This document shows positions 47,140 through 59,623 of a DNA stretch of 64,000 nucleotides, one piece after another. Below the pieces are notes generated by a model that worked only from the letters and a program-made list of their open reading frames with translations, did not search any database and was not told where the DNA came from. Made by a program: the position numbers and the translations under genes. Source of the DNA: Chiloscyllium plagiosum (taxonomy: Eukaryota); assembly GCF_004010195.1 (NCBI RefSeq), contig NC_057719.1, positions 6,904,740-6,968,739 of the forward strand, read 5' to 3'. The first letter of the stretch is position 1, and each line of letters opens with the position of its first letter.

Positions 47140-48480
47140 AAGGGGACAGACCAAGCAGGGAGCTACAGATCAGTTAACTAAACATCTGTCAGAGGGAAAA
47201 TGTTCGAAACTGTTATTACAGAAGTTATAGTAGGGCACTTGGATAAGTTCATGATAATCAAGTAGAGACAAGGGAGGTTGTGCCTCACAAACCTTTCTCA
47301 ATTCTTTGAGAAGGTGACCAAACAGGTGGATGAAGGTAAAGCAGTTGATGTGGTGTATGTGGATTTCATTAAAGTATTTGATATGGTTCCCCAAAGTAGG
47401 CTATTGCAGAAAATAAGGAGGCATGGGATTGAGGGTGATTTAGCAGTTTGGATCAGAAATTGGCTAGCTGTAAGAAGACAGGCTGGTGGTTGATGGGAAA
47501 GGTTCATCCTGGAGTTCAAAAACTAGTGGTGTACTGCAAAGATCTGTTTTGGGTCCACTGCTGTTAGTCATTTTTATAAATGACCTGGATGAGAGCATAG
47601 AAGGATGGGTTAGTAAATTTGCGGATGACACGAAGGTCGGTGCAGTTGTGGAAAGGATGTTGCAGGTTACAGAGGGACACAAATAAGCTGCAGAACTGGC
47701 TTGAGAGGTAGCAAATGAAGTTTAATGCAGAAAAGTGTGAAGTGATTCACTTTGGAAGGAGCAACAGGAATACAGTACTGGGCTAATAGTAAGATTCTTT
47801 TGTAGTGTGGATGATCAGAGAGATGTGTGTTCATGTGCGTACATCCCTGAAAATTGCCACCAAGGTTAATAGGGTTGTTAAGAAAGCGTATGGTGTGTTA
47901 GCTTTTATCGGTAGAGGGTTTGTGTTTAGGAGCCGTAAGGTCATGTTGCAGCTGTACAAAGCTCCTGGTGTGGCTGTATTTGGAGTATTGCGTGCAGTTC
48001 TAGTCGCCGCTCTATAGGAAGGATGTAGAAGTATTGGAAATGGTGTAGAGGAGATTTACCAGGATGTTGCCTGGTACGGATGATGAAAGGCTGAGGGACT
48101 TGAGACTGTTTTTGTTAGAGAGAAGAAGACTAAGAGGTGACTTAATCACGACATACAAGATGATCAGATAGGGTGATCAGTGAGAATCTTTTTCTTTGGA
48201 CGGTGATGGCTAGCACGAAGGGACATAGCTTTAAATTGAGGGGTGATAGATATTGGATGGATGTCAGGGGTAGGTTCTTTATTCAAAGTAATAAGGGTGT
48301 AGAATGCCCTGCCTGCAACAGTAGTGGACTGGCCAACATTAAGGGCATTTAAATGGTCATTAGATATCCATATGAATGATAATGGGATAGTGCAGATTCC
48401 ATTACGGGTTTAGATTGGTGCAACATAAAGGGCCAAAGGCTGTAATGTTGTAATACTGCGCTGTAATGTTCTATGCTCTA
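47140..48480 (+). mobile_element. CR1 LINE, RT through 3' end
   Basis: CLTNLSQFFEKVTKQVDEGKAVDVVYVDF; LGPLLLVIFINDLDESIEGWVSKFADDTK; tail ctgtaatgttctatgctcta. Confidence 0.9.
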
Positions 48481-48484
48481 CAGC

Positions 48485-49097
48485 TTATTGCGCAATAGCC
48501 CTCAAGACTATCAATGGCTCCTTCAACTTTGTGTCATCGACAAATTTACTAACCCACTTCTCAACCTCCTCGTCCAAGTCATTTATAAAAACTACAAAAA
48601 GTAGAGGCCCAAGAACAGAGTCCTGCGGGACACCACTTACCACTGACCTCCAGGCAGAATACTTTTCATCTACAGTCACTCTCTGCCATCTGTCAGCCAA
48701 CCAATTCTGAATCCAGGTAGCCAAATCTCCCTGTATCCCATACTTCCTGACTTAATGAATGACCTTTGTCAACCTGTCTCGTCGTCACCTCAAAGAACTC
48801 AGTAAGGTTTGTGAGGCATGACCTGCCCCTCACAAAGGCATGCTGACTGCTTTTAATCACGCTATGCTTTTCCAAATAGTCATAAATCCTATCCCTCAGA
48901 ATTCTTTTCAAAACCTTGCTGACCACAGATGTAAGACTGGTCTTTAATTGTCAGGGATTTCCCTATTATGCTGCTTGAAAAGAGGAACAACATTCGCCTC
49001 CCTCTAATCTCCAGTGGAGAGTGAGGAAGCAAATATGTTCGCCAGCGGCTTAGCAACCTAGGATAAATCTGGTCTGGCCCTGGGGGCTTATCAATCT
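48485..49097 (-). mobile_element. CR1 RT fragment
   Basis: [53 protein letters not shown]...FVDDTK. Confidence 0.85.
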
Positions 49098-51015
49098 TAG
49101 AACATAGAACAGTACAGCACAGAACAGGCCCTTCAGCCCACGATGTTGTGCCAACCATTGATCCTCATGTATGCACCCTCAAATTTCTGTGACCAAATGC
49201 ATGTCAAGCAGTCTCTTAAATGTCCCCAGTGACCTTGCTTCCACAACTGCTGCTGGCAATGCATTCCATGCTCTCACAACTCTGTGTAAAGAACCCGCCT
49301 CTGACATGTTAGCCATTTCTGCCCTGGGAAATACTCTCTGGCTATCGACTCTATCTATGCCTCTCATTATCTTGTATACCTCAATTAGGTGCCCTCTCCT
49401 CCTCCTTTTCTCCAATGAGAAAAATCCGAGCTCAGTCAACCTCTCTTCATAAGATNNNNNNNNNNNNNNNNNNNNNNNNNNNNNNNNNNNNNNNNNNNNN
49501 NNNNNNNNNNNNNNNNNNNNNNNNNNNNNNNNNNNNNNNNNNNNNNNNNNNNNNNNNNNNNNNNNNNNNNNNNNNNNNNNNNNNNNNNNNNNNNNNNNNN
49601 NNNNNNNNNNNNNNNNNNNNNNNNNNNNNNNNNNNNNNNNNNNNNNNNNNNNNNNNNNNNNNNNNNNNNNNNNNNNNNNNNNNNNNNNNNNNNNNNNNNN
49701 NNNNTGTGCAAACTTGCTGACCCATCCTTCAATCTCCTCATCCAAGTCATTAATAAAAATTACAAACAATAGAGGGCCAAGGACAGGGCACTGTGGAACA
49801 CCACTCACCACAGACTTCCAGGCAGAATATTTTTCTTCTACTACCACTCGCTGTCTTCTGTTGGCCAGCCAATTCTGTATCCAGACAGCTATGTTCCCCT
49901 GTATCCCATTCCTCCTGACCTTCTGAATGAGCCTACCATGGGGAACCTTATCAAATGCCTTGCTAAAGTCCATATGCACCACATCCACAGCTCGACCCTC
50001 ATCAACTTTTCTAGTTACATCCTCAAAGAACTCGATAAGCTTTGTGAGGCATGACCTGCCCCTCACAAAGCCGTGTTGACTGCATTTAATCAAGCCATGC
50101 TCATCCAGATGGTCATAAATCCTATCCCTCAGAATCCTTTCTAACACCTTGCAGACGACAGACGTGAGACTTACTGGTCTGTAATTGCCAGGGATTTCCC
50201 TATTTCCTTTGTGGAAGAGAGGAATTACATTTGCCTCTCTCCAGTCCTCGGGTATGACTCCAGTGGAGAGCGAGGATGCAAAGATCTTTGCAAGTGGCAA
50301 AGCAATCTCACTTCTCATTTCCCAAAGCAGCCGAGGATAAATCTGGTCTGGGCCTGGCGACTTGTCAATCTTAATGTTTGACAAAATTTCAGCACATCAG
50401 CTTCCTCTATCTCTATCCATCCCAGCATGCACACCTGCTCTTCAAAGGTTTCATTAACTACAAAGTTAGTTTATTTCATAAAGACAGAAGCAAAAAACTC
50501 ACTTAGGGCTTCCCCTACCTCCTCAGACTCCACACACAAGTTCCCTGTGCTATCCCTGATTGGCCCTATTCTTTCTTTGACCATTCTCTTATTCCTCACA
50601 TAAGTGTAAAATGCCTTTGTGTTCTCCCTAATCCGTTCTGCCACGCCTTTCTCGTGCCCCCTTCTGGCTCTCCTCAGACCATTTTTGAGCTCCTTCCTTG
50701 CCTGCCTGTAATCCTCTAGAGCTGAGCTTGACCCTAGCTTCCCCCACCTTATGTAAGCTATCTTCTTCCTTTTGACGAGAAGCTCCACCGTTCTCGTCAT
50801 CCAAGGTTCCTTTATCTTACCCCTTGCCTGTCTCAGAGGGACATATTTATTCATCACTCGCAACAACTGTTCCTCAAACAGTCTCCTAAAGGTATAGTGC
50901 CTTTACCATGGAACAATTGCTCCCAGTCCATGCTTCCTAACTCATCATAGTTTCCTCTTCCCCAATTAAATATCCTCCCATTTTGCCTAATCCTCTCCTT
51001 CTCCATAGCTATGGT
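49098..51015 (-). mobile_element. Relatively young 5'-truncated CR1 LINE (ORF2 RT), spanning an assembly gap
   Basis: ORFs 50471-50866 and 49179-50384 (KSPGPDQIYPRLL...NYRPVSLTS...QHGF...DFSKAFDKVPH...GVPQ...INDLD...SKFA). 3' tail gtgctgtactgttctatgttcta. Confidence 0.92.
49456..49704. other. Assembly gap (N run)
   Basis: Run of n characters. Confidence 1.
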
Positions 51016-51744
51016 GTGCTTGAATTTTTAGCAAATGTTAAACTTCCTCAATCTCGATCAGTTCAAGCCTGTTTCCTGGCTCCTCAAAGTTCTCATTCAC
51101 AACAAGGTCCCTTTCCTTAGTGAAGACCAAAGCAAAAAACTCATTTAGGGCTTCTGCTGTCTGCTCAGACACCATGCACAAGTTATAGTGCTGATGGCAG
51201 AAATGGATAGGAAAGCAAGCAGTGAAGAGGGCAAGAGGTTACTAAGAGATATGAATGAGTCAATTGAGAGGGCAAAGATGTAGCAAATGGAGTATAATGT
51301 GGGAAAATATAGAATGTTAATTTTGAAGGGATAGGAACAAATCCATTCATTTAAATGGAAAATTTACCTTCCTGGCAGGCTCCTTGTCCCTGGTTCTGGA
51401 AAGTTCCCTATAATATGTTTGGGCTGTGGTAAACTGCTGGTAACTGAAACACAAAGTGATTCTGCGGACACGGGGTGAGGGGTCTCCCTGTAAAACCCTG
51501 AGGAGTTTTGATAGGGTAGTTCCTCAAAGGATGTCTGTTATGAGAGTATTTACAGCTAGGAATTGCTATTCAAATTCAGGAACTACCTAATTAAAACAAA
51601 TTGGGTAATTCTTCTCTTGAGGGTCATGAGTGAGTCTTTGGAATCATTTATGAAGAGATGGAAGCAGAGTCTTTGATTTTATTTTAAGGTAGAGGTAATT
51701 TTTTTTTTAAAGAGATGGAAGGTTATCAGGAATATGTGGGTTTA

Positions 51745-52539
51745 AATTCCGAAGTGCCACAGTGAGAAACCGTAATGACCACCTCAGGAGACAGACACAG
51801 ATTGCAACAGACAGGGAGCCCTCTGTTGTCCAGTACTTCCCGGGAGCCGAACGACTACGCCATGTTCTTTGCAGCCTGCAACACATTATCAATGAGGATG
51901 AGCACCTCGCCAAGACCTTCCCCACACCTCCACTTCTCTCCTTTAACCAACCACTAAACCTCAGATCATGATTCTTAGCAAACTGCCCAGCCTTCAGGTC
52001 AACAACACTGTACAATCCTGCCACAGCAGTCGCTGCAAGATATGTCAGAGTATCGACATGGGTAACACCATTTCATGTGGGGACACCTCCCACAATGTAC
52101 GTGGCAAGTCCTCATGTGACTCGCCCAACATGGTCTATCTCCTACGCTGCAGGCAAGGATGTCCTGAGGCATGGTACATTGTGGAGACTGAGCAGGCGGT
52201 ATGACAACGGATGAATGGATTTCGCACAACAATCACAAGGCAGGAGTATTCCCTCCCAATTGGGGACATTTGGCCTTTGACCTTTGGGTGACCATCCACC
52301 AAGGCAGACTTCGGGACAAGCAGCAACGCAGAGTGGCTGAGCAGAAGCTGATAGCAAAGTTTGGTACCCATGTGAATGGCCTCAACTGGGACCTTGGGTT
52401 CATGTCACCACTACAGGTGATTCCACTGAATGACGCGCACACTCTCGCACGTATGCTTGCTCTCATAAGCACATACATACACCCCCCTCACTACACCGAA
52501 ACACGCACTCCATCACACATACCCCATCACACATGCCTA

Positions 52540-52578
<39 letters not shown>

Positions 52579-53030
52579 CACGTGCACACTCAATCTGCCG
52601 TTCCTACGTGTGCACACACATGCTTATGGGATTAATTTGTTTTTGTAGAATTACATTTTATTTTGTTCAATTCATGTAAAACTAAACAGAGGGTTTGTCA
52701 GTCTGACATAGCATTGGGACACAGACAGACTTCATACCGATTTGTTTAAAAACCTGAGCTGTCTTGGGAATGTAATTTGAAAGAAGTTCTGGGATTTACA
52801 TATCAAAGAACAGAAACTGGCATATCCCATTATAAAAGAATGAAGTTTTAATCTAAGATGGTTTACTGTATCACATCTCCATGACACTGGACTCCTTTTG
52901 GCTATAAATTCTGTGAGTATGATCTTAACCCCCACAACCACCTGATGAAGGAGCGCCGCTCTGAAAGCTAGTGCTTCCAGATAAACCCGTTGGACTATAA
53001 CCTGGTGTTGTGTGATATTTACTTTGGTTT
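51745..53030 (+). mobile_element. Penelope-like (Neptune-type) element 3' part, family B
   Basis: Cys linker CHSSRCKICQSI; GIY-YIG NMVYLLRCRQGCPEAWYIVETEQ; RRVAEQKLIAKFGTHVNGLN; (CA)n-rich 3' UTR; terminal pLTR with hammerhead. Confidence 0.85.
52939..52973 (+). ncRNA. Minimal type-I hammerhead ribozyme motif (family B)
   Basis: CAC-CUGAUGA-A-GGAGC-GCC-GCUCU-GAA-AGCU-A-GUG: stem I CAC/GUG, stem II, palindromic AGCU stem III. Confidence 0.7.
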
Positions 53031-53870
53031 CAAAAGCATTACTGATGAACCACACTCAGTTGTTGGCATGTGAAGGAGTCAAGTCAGCATTGTCCTACTA
53101 GACCAAAGGGCTGCTCTCCCATCAGAGACAGATGATTGTTCATGGTTTAACCGGGGGGTCACCAGACAAGGGGAGAAATTGGGAAGGAGAGTCCTGCAAG
53201 GAAACCTCAGCCAGTGTGGATATTGAAACATTAGTTTGCTTGGAGCTGGGGTACTGTAGCAAACTACTTGAATTCTGTTATTTCTGCATAGACAAAATCG
53301 ATCTAGGATCTTATGTCAGCAACCAGAGGAGTTCCATATTTTTGTACTGAAGGTATTTGTAGTGTCCTACTTGGCAGTTTTATAGAGCCCTGGATACAAA
53401 CAAATGTTTTCTGTCCTTCAAATGAATTATGCCTCAAGTTTTAATCACATAAAATGCTTAAAACAGAGTTATTTTCTCCCGTTTCATGTGTTGTTTTTCC
53501 TTTTCTGTCGCCACCTCAAACAGTGTTTTGAATGCTAAATTAAGATTACAGGAAATGTTAGGCTAAAAGTTGGCTGCAAAGTGCAAAAGAAATTCACAGT
53601 AAACTGCTAGTCAAATCCCTGTGGATTTGACTTGTAATAAGCAAATAAAGCACAAACAGAGCAGTGAGTTGCTGTAGCAACAGTATAACTAAATTATTTT
53701 ACTGTCAACCATGATGTAATTTTCCTGTTTAGATGCTCAAGGGAATTGGAGTTCCATTTGTAGCCAAAGTTATTGGCATAGAAAGAGGGAGGGTGAATCC
53801 ATTTACTGATGATGTATGCATCTCTCCTAACTTCTTTCTATTTTGCCTTCCATTAGGAGCCTTGGTCTAA

Positions 53871-54422
53871 ATGGGTCCAGTCATGCCTCCCAGTAAGAAG
53901 CCAGAAGGCTCTGGAATTAGTGTTTCGAGTGGACTGAGCCAGTGTTACCCAGGAAGTTCACTAACCAAGGCGTTCCAGGAAGTTGAGGAACTGGACATTA
54001 CGAGCAGTTATTTGCCTGCCATCCATTTGGAAAAAGTAGCCATGGAGGATGAAGAGTTAACAAACCTGAACTGGCTGCATGAGAGCAAAAACCTGCTCAA
54101 AAGTTTTGGGGACACTGTACTTCGTAGTGTTAGCCCGGTTCAGGATATCGATGAGGATACTCCACCATCCCCTGCTCATTCTGACCAGCCATATGATGCC
54201 AAGCAGAACCCTAACTGTAAACCACCTTATTCTTTTAGCTGTCTCATATTTATGGCTATTGAAGATTCACCCAGCAAACGCCTGCCTGTTAAGGATATAT
54301 ACAACTGGATCCTAGAACATTTCCCTTACTTTGCAAATGCTCCGACTGGGTGGAAAAATTCTGTTAGACATAATTTGTCATTGAATAAATGTTTCAAGAA
54401 AGTAGACAAGGACAGGAGTCAG
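53871..54422 (+). CDS. FOXN3: Forkhead box N3 (CHES1), first coding exon: N-terminus plus most of the forkhead domain, 184 codons, phase-0 donor
   Basis: Translation [12 protein letters not shown]...[17 protein letters not shown]...[72 protein letters not shown] matches FOXN3; the N-terminus distinguishes it from FOXN2. A polypyrimidine tract and cattAG acceptor end at 53856, so the exon starts at 53857. Donor CAG|GTGAGC at 54422/54423. Confidence 0.96.
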
Positions 54423-54859
54423 GTGAGCTGCCCAATTTTAATGTTTATTTGCTTCCATGCAAACCACTTGGAATCATTTTATGGTTTTGACTCTTTTTAA
54501 AAAAAAATGAAGTAAATATATTCAACTTTTATGTGTATGATTCTTAGATCATTTTGAGTCACAAAATGAGGCATTTTGACCCTTTATGTGGGGGAGAAAA
54601 TGTACATAATGTCAAATATCTATAAATGAAAATTGTTTCATGGTCACAGTTAAAGATTCAAGGGTTATAGAATTGAGATAAATGAAGGCCAATCATTGCA
54701 TTGACTCCTCTGTCTTTGCAAGGTGAAACACAGAGTGTTCCTTAGATACACCATGGTTTGGCATCTGACCAGGTTAGAAAGGTGTAATAAAATGATTCTA
54801 TTTAAGTAACTCTAAAAACAATATGAACAATATAATCATAATGGAAAAAAGAATTTGAT

Positions 54860-55130
54860 CTTTGCCTTTAGCATTCTCCCTCTTCCCCCCCTCCCCCCCC
54901 GTCTGTGTTCTTTCACATTCCTTCTTCCTTCTAACTCCTCTTGTGTATCATCCCTTTTTTTTGTATTCCTTGTCCAGTTGTTTTTTTTCCTGTTTACATT
55001 TTTTCTCTCATTTTATCTATTTGTTTTTGTGATTTTTTTCATGTTTTTTTTTCTTCTTTGGCACATCTTTCATTTTTGCATCCTGTCTCTCATTCCCTCC
55101 GTTTTGCTCTCTTGTTCGTGATTTTCTGTA
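54860..55130. repeat. Pyrimidine/T-rich low-complexity tract
   Basis: Strongly T/C-rich with many T runs. Confidence 0.7.
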
Positions 55131-55682
55131 CTATGGGATTGGCAAGAGCCAATTCCACTGCAACCAGAACTGAAATACTGAATGCTACCAAACTACCATT
55201 TGGTAGCTAATTTTCTGTTTGTTTCTTAGGTGATGCAGTAAAGTGAATGGAATATTAATACTTAATTTTAGATTATTATTCTGTCTCTGGAAGCAGCACT
55301 GTAATATTAATGAGGTGGCATACAATGTCCAGGGGTAGCAAACATCAATTGAGGAGAGAATTTTTTTTTTTCAAATTACACTCCTGTAAACCCATTGGGA
55401 CTTTTTTAAATGTCGTTATTTAAAAACTACATTTGGAGTCTAGGGTTTCCAGTGGCTTTTATTTTGGCTGCAGATAATCTTGGCTGACTACCATGCAACC
55501 TTTCTCTTGCACTATATAGATCACCCCTCAAAATAATAATTGAGGTGTACATGTATAGTTCCACTATTTTCAGAACTGCCGTGCAGTACAAATTGGCCAA
55601 ATCCCATAGAAGAAAATTCATGGCATGTATTGTGAGTAACTTCATTGAACTGTGGTGTATATAGGGCTTTAATTCATATTTA

Positions 55683-58165
55683 GAATCAGATGTACTGCTC
55701 GAAACAGACCTTCAGTCCAACTTGTCTATGCTGACCAGACATCCTAACCTAATCTAGTCCCATTTGCTAGCACTTGGCTCATATTCTTCTCAACCCTTTT
55801 TGTTCGTAGACCCATCCATGCCTTTTAAATGCTGTAATTGGACCAGTATCCTCCACTTCCTCTGGCGCCTCATTCCATACGTGCGGTTCTGTTGAAAAGG
55901 TTACCCCTTAGGTCTCTTCTATATCTTCCTTCTCTCATCCTAAACCTCTGCCCTCTAGTTCTGGACTCCCCTACCCCAGACAAAAGACCTTGGTCTATTT
56001 ATCCTATCCATGCCTCTAATGATTTTATAAACCTCTATAAGGTCATCCCTCAGCCTCCAATTCTCTAGGGAAAACAGCCCCAGCCTGTTCAGCCTCACCC
56101 TATAGCTCAAATCCTCCAACCCTGGTAACGTCCTTGTAAATCTTTTCTGAATCCTTTCAAGTTTCACAACATCCTTCCAATAGGAAGGAGATCAGAATTG
56201 CATGCAATATTCAAAAAGTGGCCTAACCAATGACCTGTACAGCTACAACATGACTTCCCAACTCCCGTACTCAATACTCTGACCAATAAAGGAAAGCATA
56301 CCAAACGCCGTCTTCACTATCCTATCCACCTGCAACTCTACTTTTCAAGGAGCTATGAATCTGCACTCCGAGGTCTTTGTTCAGCAATACTCTCCAGGGC
56401 CTTACCATTGAGTGTATAAGTCTTGCTCTGATTTGCTTTTCCAAAATGCAGCACCAAACTCCGTCTGCCACTCAGCCCACTGGTCCATCTGATCAAGATC
56501 CTGTTGTTCTGAGGTAACCTCCTTCACTGTTCGCTACATCTCCAATTTTGGTGTTCTCTGCAAACTTATTGTATGTCTCATGTTCACACCCAAATCATTG
56601 ACATAAATGATGTTAAGCAGTGGACCCAGCACTGATCCTTGTGGCACACCACTGGTTAGAGGCCTCCAGTCTGAAAAACACCCCTCCACCACCACCCTCT
56701 GTCTTCTGCCTTTGAGCCAGTTCTGTATCCAAATGGTGAGTTCTCCCTGTATTCAATGAGATCTAATCTTGCTAACCAGTCTCCCATGAGGAGCCTTGTC
56801 GAACGCCTTACTGAAGTCTATTTAGGTGACATCCACCACTTTGTCCTCATCAATCCTCTTAGTTACTTCAAAAAGCTCAATCAGTTTTGTGAGACATGAT
56901 TTTCCATGCACAAAGCCATGCAGAATATCTCTTATCAGTTCTTGCCTTACCAAATACGTGTAAATCCTGTCCCTCAGAATGCCCTCCAACAACTTGCCCA
57001 CCAATAGTAGACGTCAGGCTCCCTGGTCTATAGTTCCCTGGCTTTTCCTTACCACCTTCCTTAAATAGTGGCACCAAGTTAACCAACCTCCAGTCTTCCG
57101 GCACCTCACTTGTGACTCTCGATACAAATATCTCAGCAAGGGACCCAGGAATCACTCCCCTAGCTTCCCATGTAGTTCTAAGTACACCTTATCAGGTCCT
57201 GGGGATTTATCCACTTTTATGCGTTTCACGACATCCAGCAGCACCACCTCTGTAATATGGACATTTTTCAAGATGTCATTGTCTATTTCCCCACATTCTA
57301 TGTCTTCCATGTCCTTCTCCATAGTAAACACTGATGCAAAATGTTTGTTTAATATCTTCCCCCATCTCTCCTCCGGCTCCATATTTCAGCTGCCTTGCTG
57401 ATCTTTGAGAAGCCCTATTCACTACCTCTTTACACTTTTGTCCTTAATGGGTTTATAAAATCCCTTTGGATTCTTCTTAACCCTATTTGCCAAAGCTATC
57501 TCCTGTCCCCTTTTTGCCCTCCCTGATTTCCCTCTTAAGTATGCTCCTAATGCCTTTATGCTCTACTAAGAATTCATTTGATCTCTCCTGTCTATACCTG
57601 ACATGTGCTTCCTTCTTTTTCTTGACCTAAACCTCAATTTCCCTAGTCATCCAGCATTCTTTACACCTACCAGCCTTTCCTTTCACCCTAAGAGGGAATA
57701 TACTCTCGTTATCTCACATCTGAAACCTTCCCATTTTGCAACTGTCCCTTTTACCTGCAAACATCTGCCCCAAATCAGCTTTTGAAAATTCTTGCCTAAT
57801 ACCGTCAAATTTAGCCTTCTTCCCTAATATAGAGCTTCAACTTTTAGATCCAGTCTATACTTTTCCATGACTATTTTAATACTAATAGAATATGGTCGCT
57901 GGCTCCAAAGTTCTCCCCACAGCTCAGTCACCTGCCCTGCCTTACTTCCCAAGAGAAGGTTAAGTTTTGTACCTTCTCTAGTAGGTACATCCACACACTG
58001 AATCAGAAAGTTATCTTGTACACACTGAACAAATTCTTCTCCATCTAAACCGTTAACACTATGGCAGTCCCAGTCTATATTTGGAAAATGCCCTACCATA
58101 ACCACCCTGTAATTCTTACAGATAACTGAAATCTCCTTACAAACTTGTTTCTCAATTTCCCACTG
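55683..58165 (-). mobile_element. CR1/HER1 LINE of ~2.5 kb (part of EN, RT and 3' end)
   Basis: ORF pieces GHFPNIDWD...VQDNFLIQCVDVPTREG; KVDKSPGPD; KPGNYRP; KLERIQKRFTRTLPGL; 3' tail at 55683. Confidence 0.9.
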
Positions 58166-59069
58166 ATTCAAAGTTTGTGCGAAGATTTGTAGCTCGGGTG
58201 CTCGTTGCTGTGGTTCTGTTCGCCGAGCTGGAAGTTTTTGTTGCAAACGTTTCGTCCCCTGGCTAGGCGACATCATCAGTGCTTGGGAGCCTCCTGCGAA
58301 GCGCTTCTTTGATGTTTCCTCCGGTGTTCATAGTGGTCTGTCCCTGCCGCTTCCAGTTGTCAGTTTCAGCTGTCCGCTGTAGTGGTTGATATATTGGTCC
58401 AGGTCGATGTGTTTGTTGATGGAGTTTGTGGATGAATGCCATGCCTCCAGGAATTCCCTGGCTGTTCTCTGTCTGGCTTGCCCTATGATAGTAGTGTTGT
58501 CCCAGTCGAATGCATGTTGCTTGTTGTCTGCGTGTGTGGCTACTAAGGACAGCTGGTCGTGTCGTTTCGTGGCTAGTTGATATTCATGTATGCGGATTGT
58601 CAGCTGTCTTCCTGTTTGTCCTATATAGTGTTTTGTGCAGTCCTTGCATGGCATTTTGTACACTACATTAGTTTTGCACATGTTGGGTATTGGGTCCTTC
58701 GTTCTGGTGAGTTGTTGTCTCAACACAACACACTGCAGTACACCAGAACTGCAAAAAGAAGAAGAGGAACACCGACACAAGGTATTCGCCAAAAACGGAC
58801 ACACTACCATACATCAGGAGCATCCCAGAACTGACAGCCAGACTACTGCGACCCCTAGGACTCATAACGGCACACAAACCAACAGCCACGCTCAGACAAC
58901 AACTCAACAGAACGAAGGACCCGATACCCAACATGAGCAAAACTAATCTAGTGTACAAAATACCATGCAAGGAATGCACAAAACACTATATAGGACAAAC
59001 AGGAAGACAGCTAACAATCCGCATACATGAACATCAACTAGCCACGAAACGACACGACCAACTATCCTT
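58166..59069. mobile_element. Penelope/Poseidon-type PLE with inverted structure (family C)
   Basis: GIY-YIG NVVYKMPCKDCTKHYIGQTGRQLTIRIHE...AREFLEAWHS on - (58328-58720). The same domain on + at 58890-59069 runs into the gap. Confidence 0.88.
58243..58282 (-). ncRNA. Minimal type-I hammerhead ribozyme motif (family C)
   Basis: Minus strand GCA-CUGAUGA-U-GUCGCCUAGCCAGGGGAC-GAA-ACGU-U-UGC: stem I GCA/UGC, stem II closed by GUC/GAC, ACGU stem III. Confidence 0.72.
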
Positions 59070-59623
59070 NNNNNNNNNNNNNNNNNNNNNNNNNNNNNNN
59101 NNNNNNNNNNNNNNNNNNNNNNNNNNNNNNNNNNNNNNNNNNNNNNNNNNNNNNNNNNNNNNNNNNNNNNNNNNNNNNNNNNNNNNNNNNNNNNNNNNNN
59201 NNNNNNNNNNNNNNNNNNNNNNNNNNNNNNNNNNNNNNNNNNNNNNNNNNNNNNNNNNNNNNNNNNNNNNNNNNNNNNNNNNNNNNNNNNNNNNNNNNNN
59301 NNNNNNNNNNNNNNNNNNNNNNNNNNNNNNNNNNNNNNNNNNNNNNNNNNNNNNNNNNNNNNNNNNNNNNNNNNNNNNNNNNNNNNNNNNNNNNNNNNNN
59401 NNNNNNNNNNNNNNNNNNNNNNNNNNNNNNNNNNNNNNNNNNNNNNNNNNNNNNNNNNNNNNNNNNNNNNNNNNNNNNNNNNNNNNNNNNNNNNNNNNNN
59501 NNNNNNNNNNNNNNNNNNNNNNNNNNNNNNNNNNNNNNNNNNNNNNNNNNNNNNNNNNNNNNNNNNNNNNNNNNNNNNNNNNNNNNNNNNNNNNNNNNNN
59601 NNNNNNNNNNNNNNNNNNNNNNN
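59070..59623. other. Assembly gap (N run)
   Basis: Run of n characters. Confidence 1.

Noticed and set aside
54423..54500. C-terminal 25 aa (VSCPILMF...) of the 209-aa ORF
   Set aside because: This is read-through past the GT donor at 54423 into intron; FOXN3 similarity ends at DRSQ.
54855..55210. Phe/Leu-rich 'membrane protein' ORFs
   Set aside because: Artefact of a T-rich low-complexity tract.
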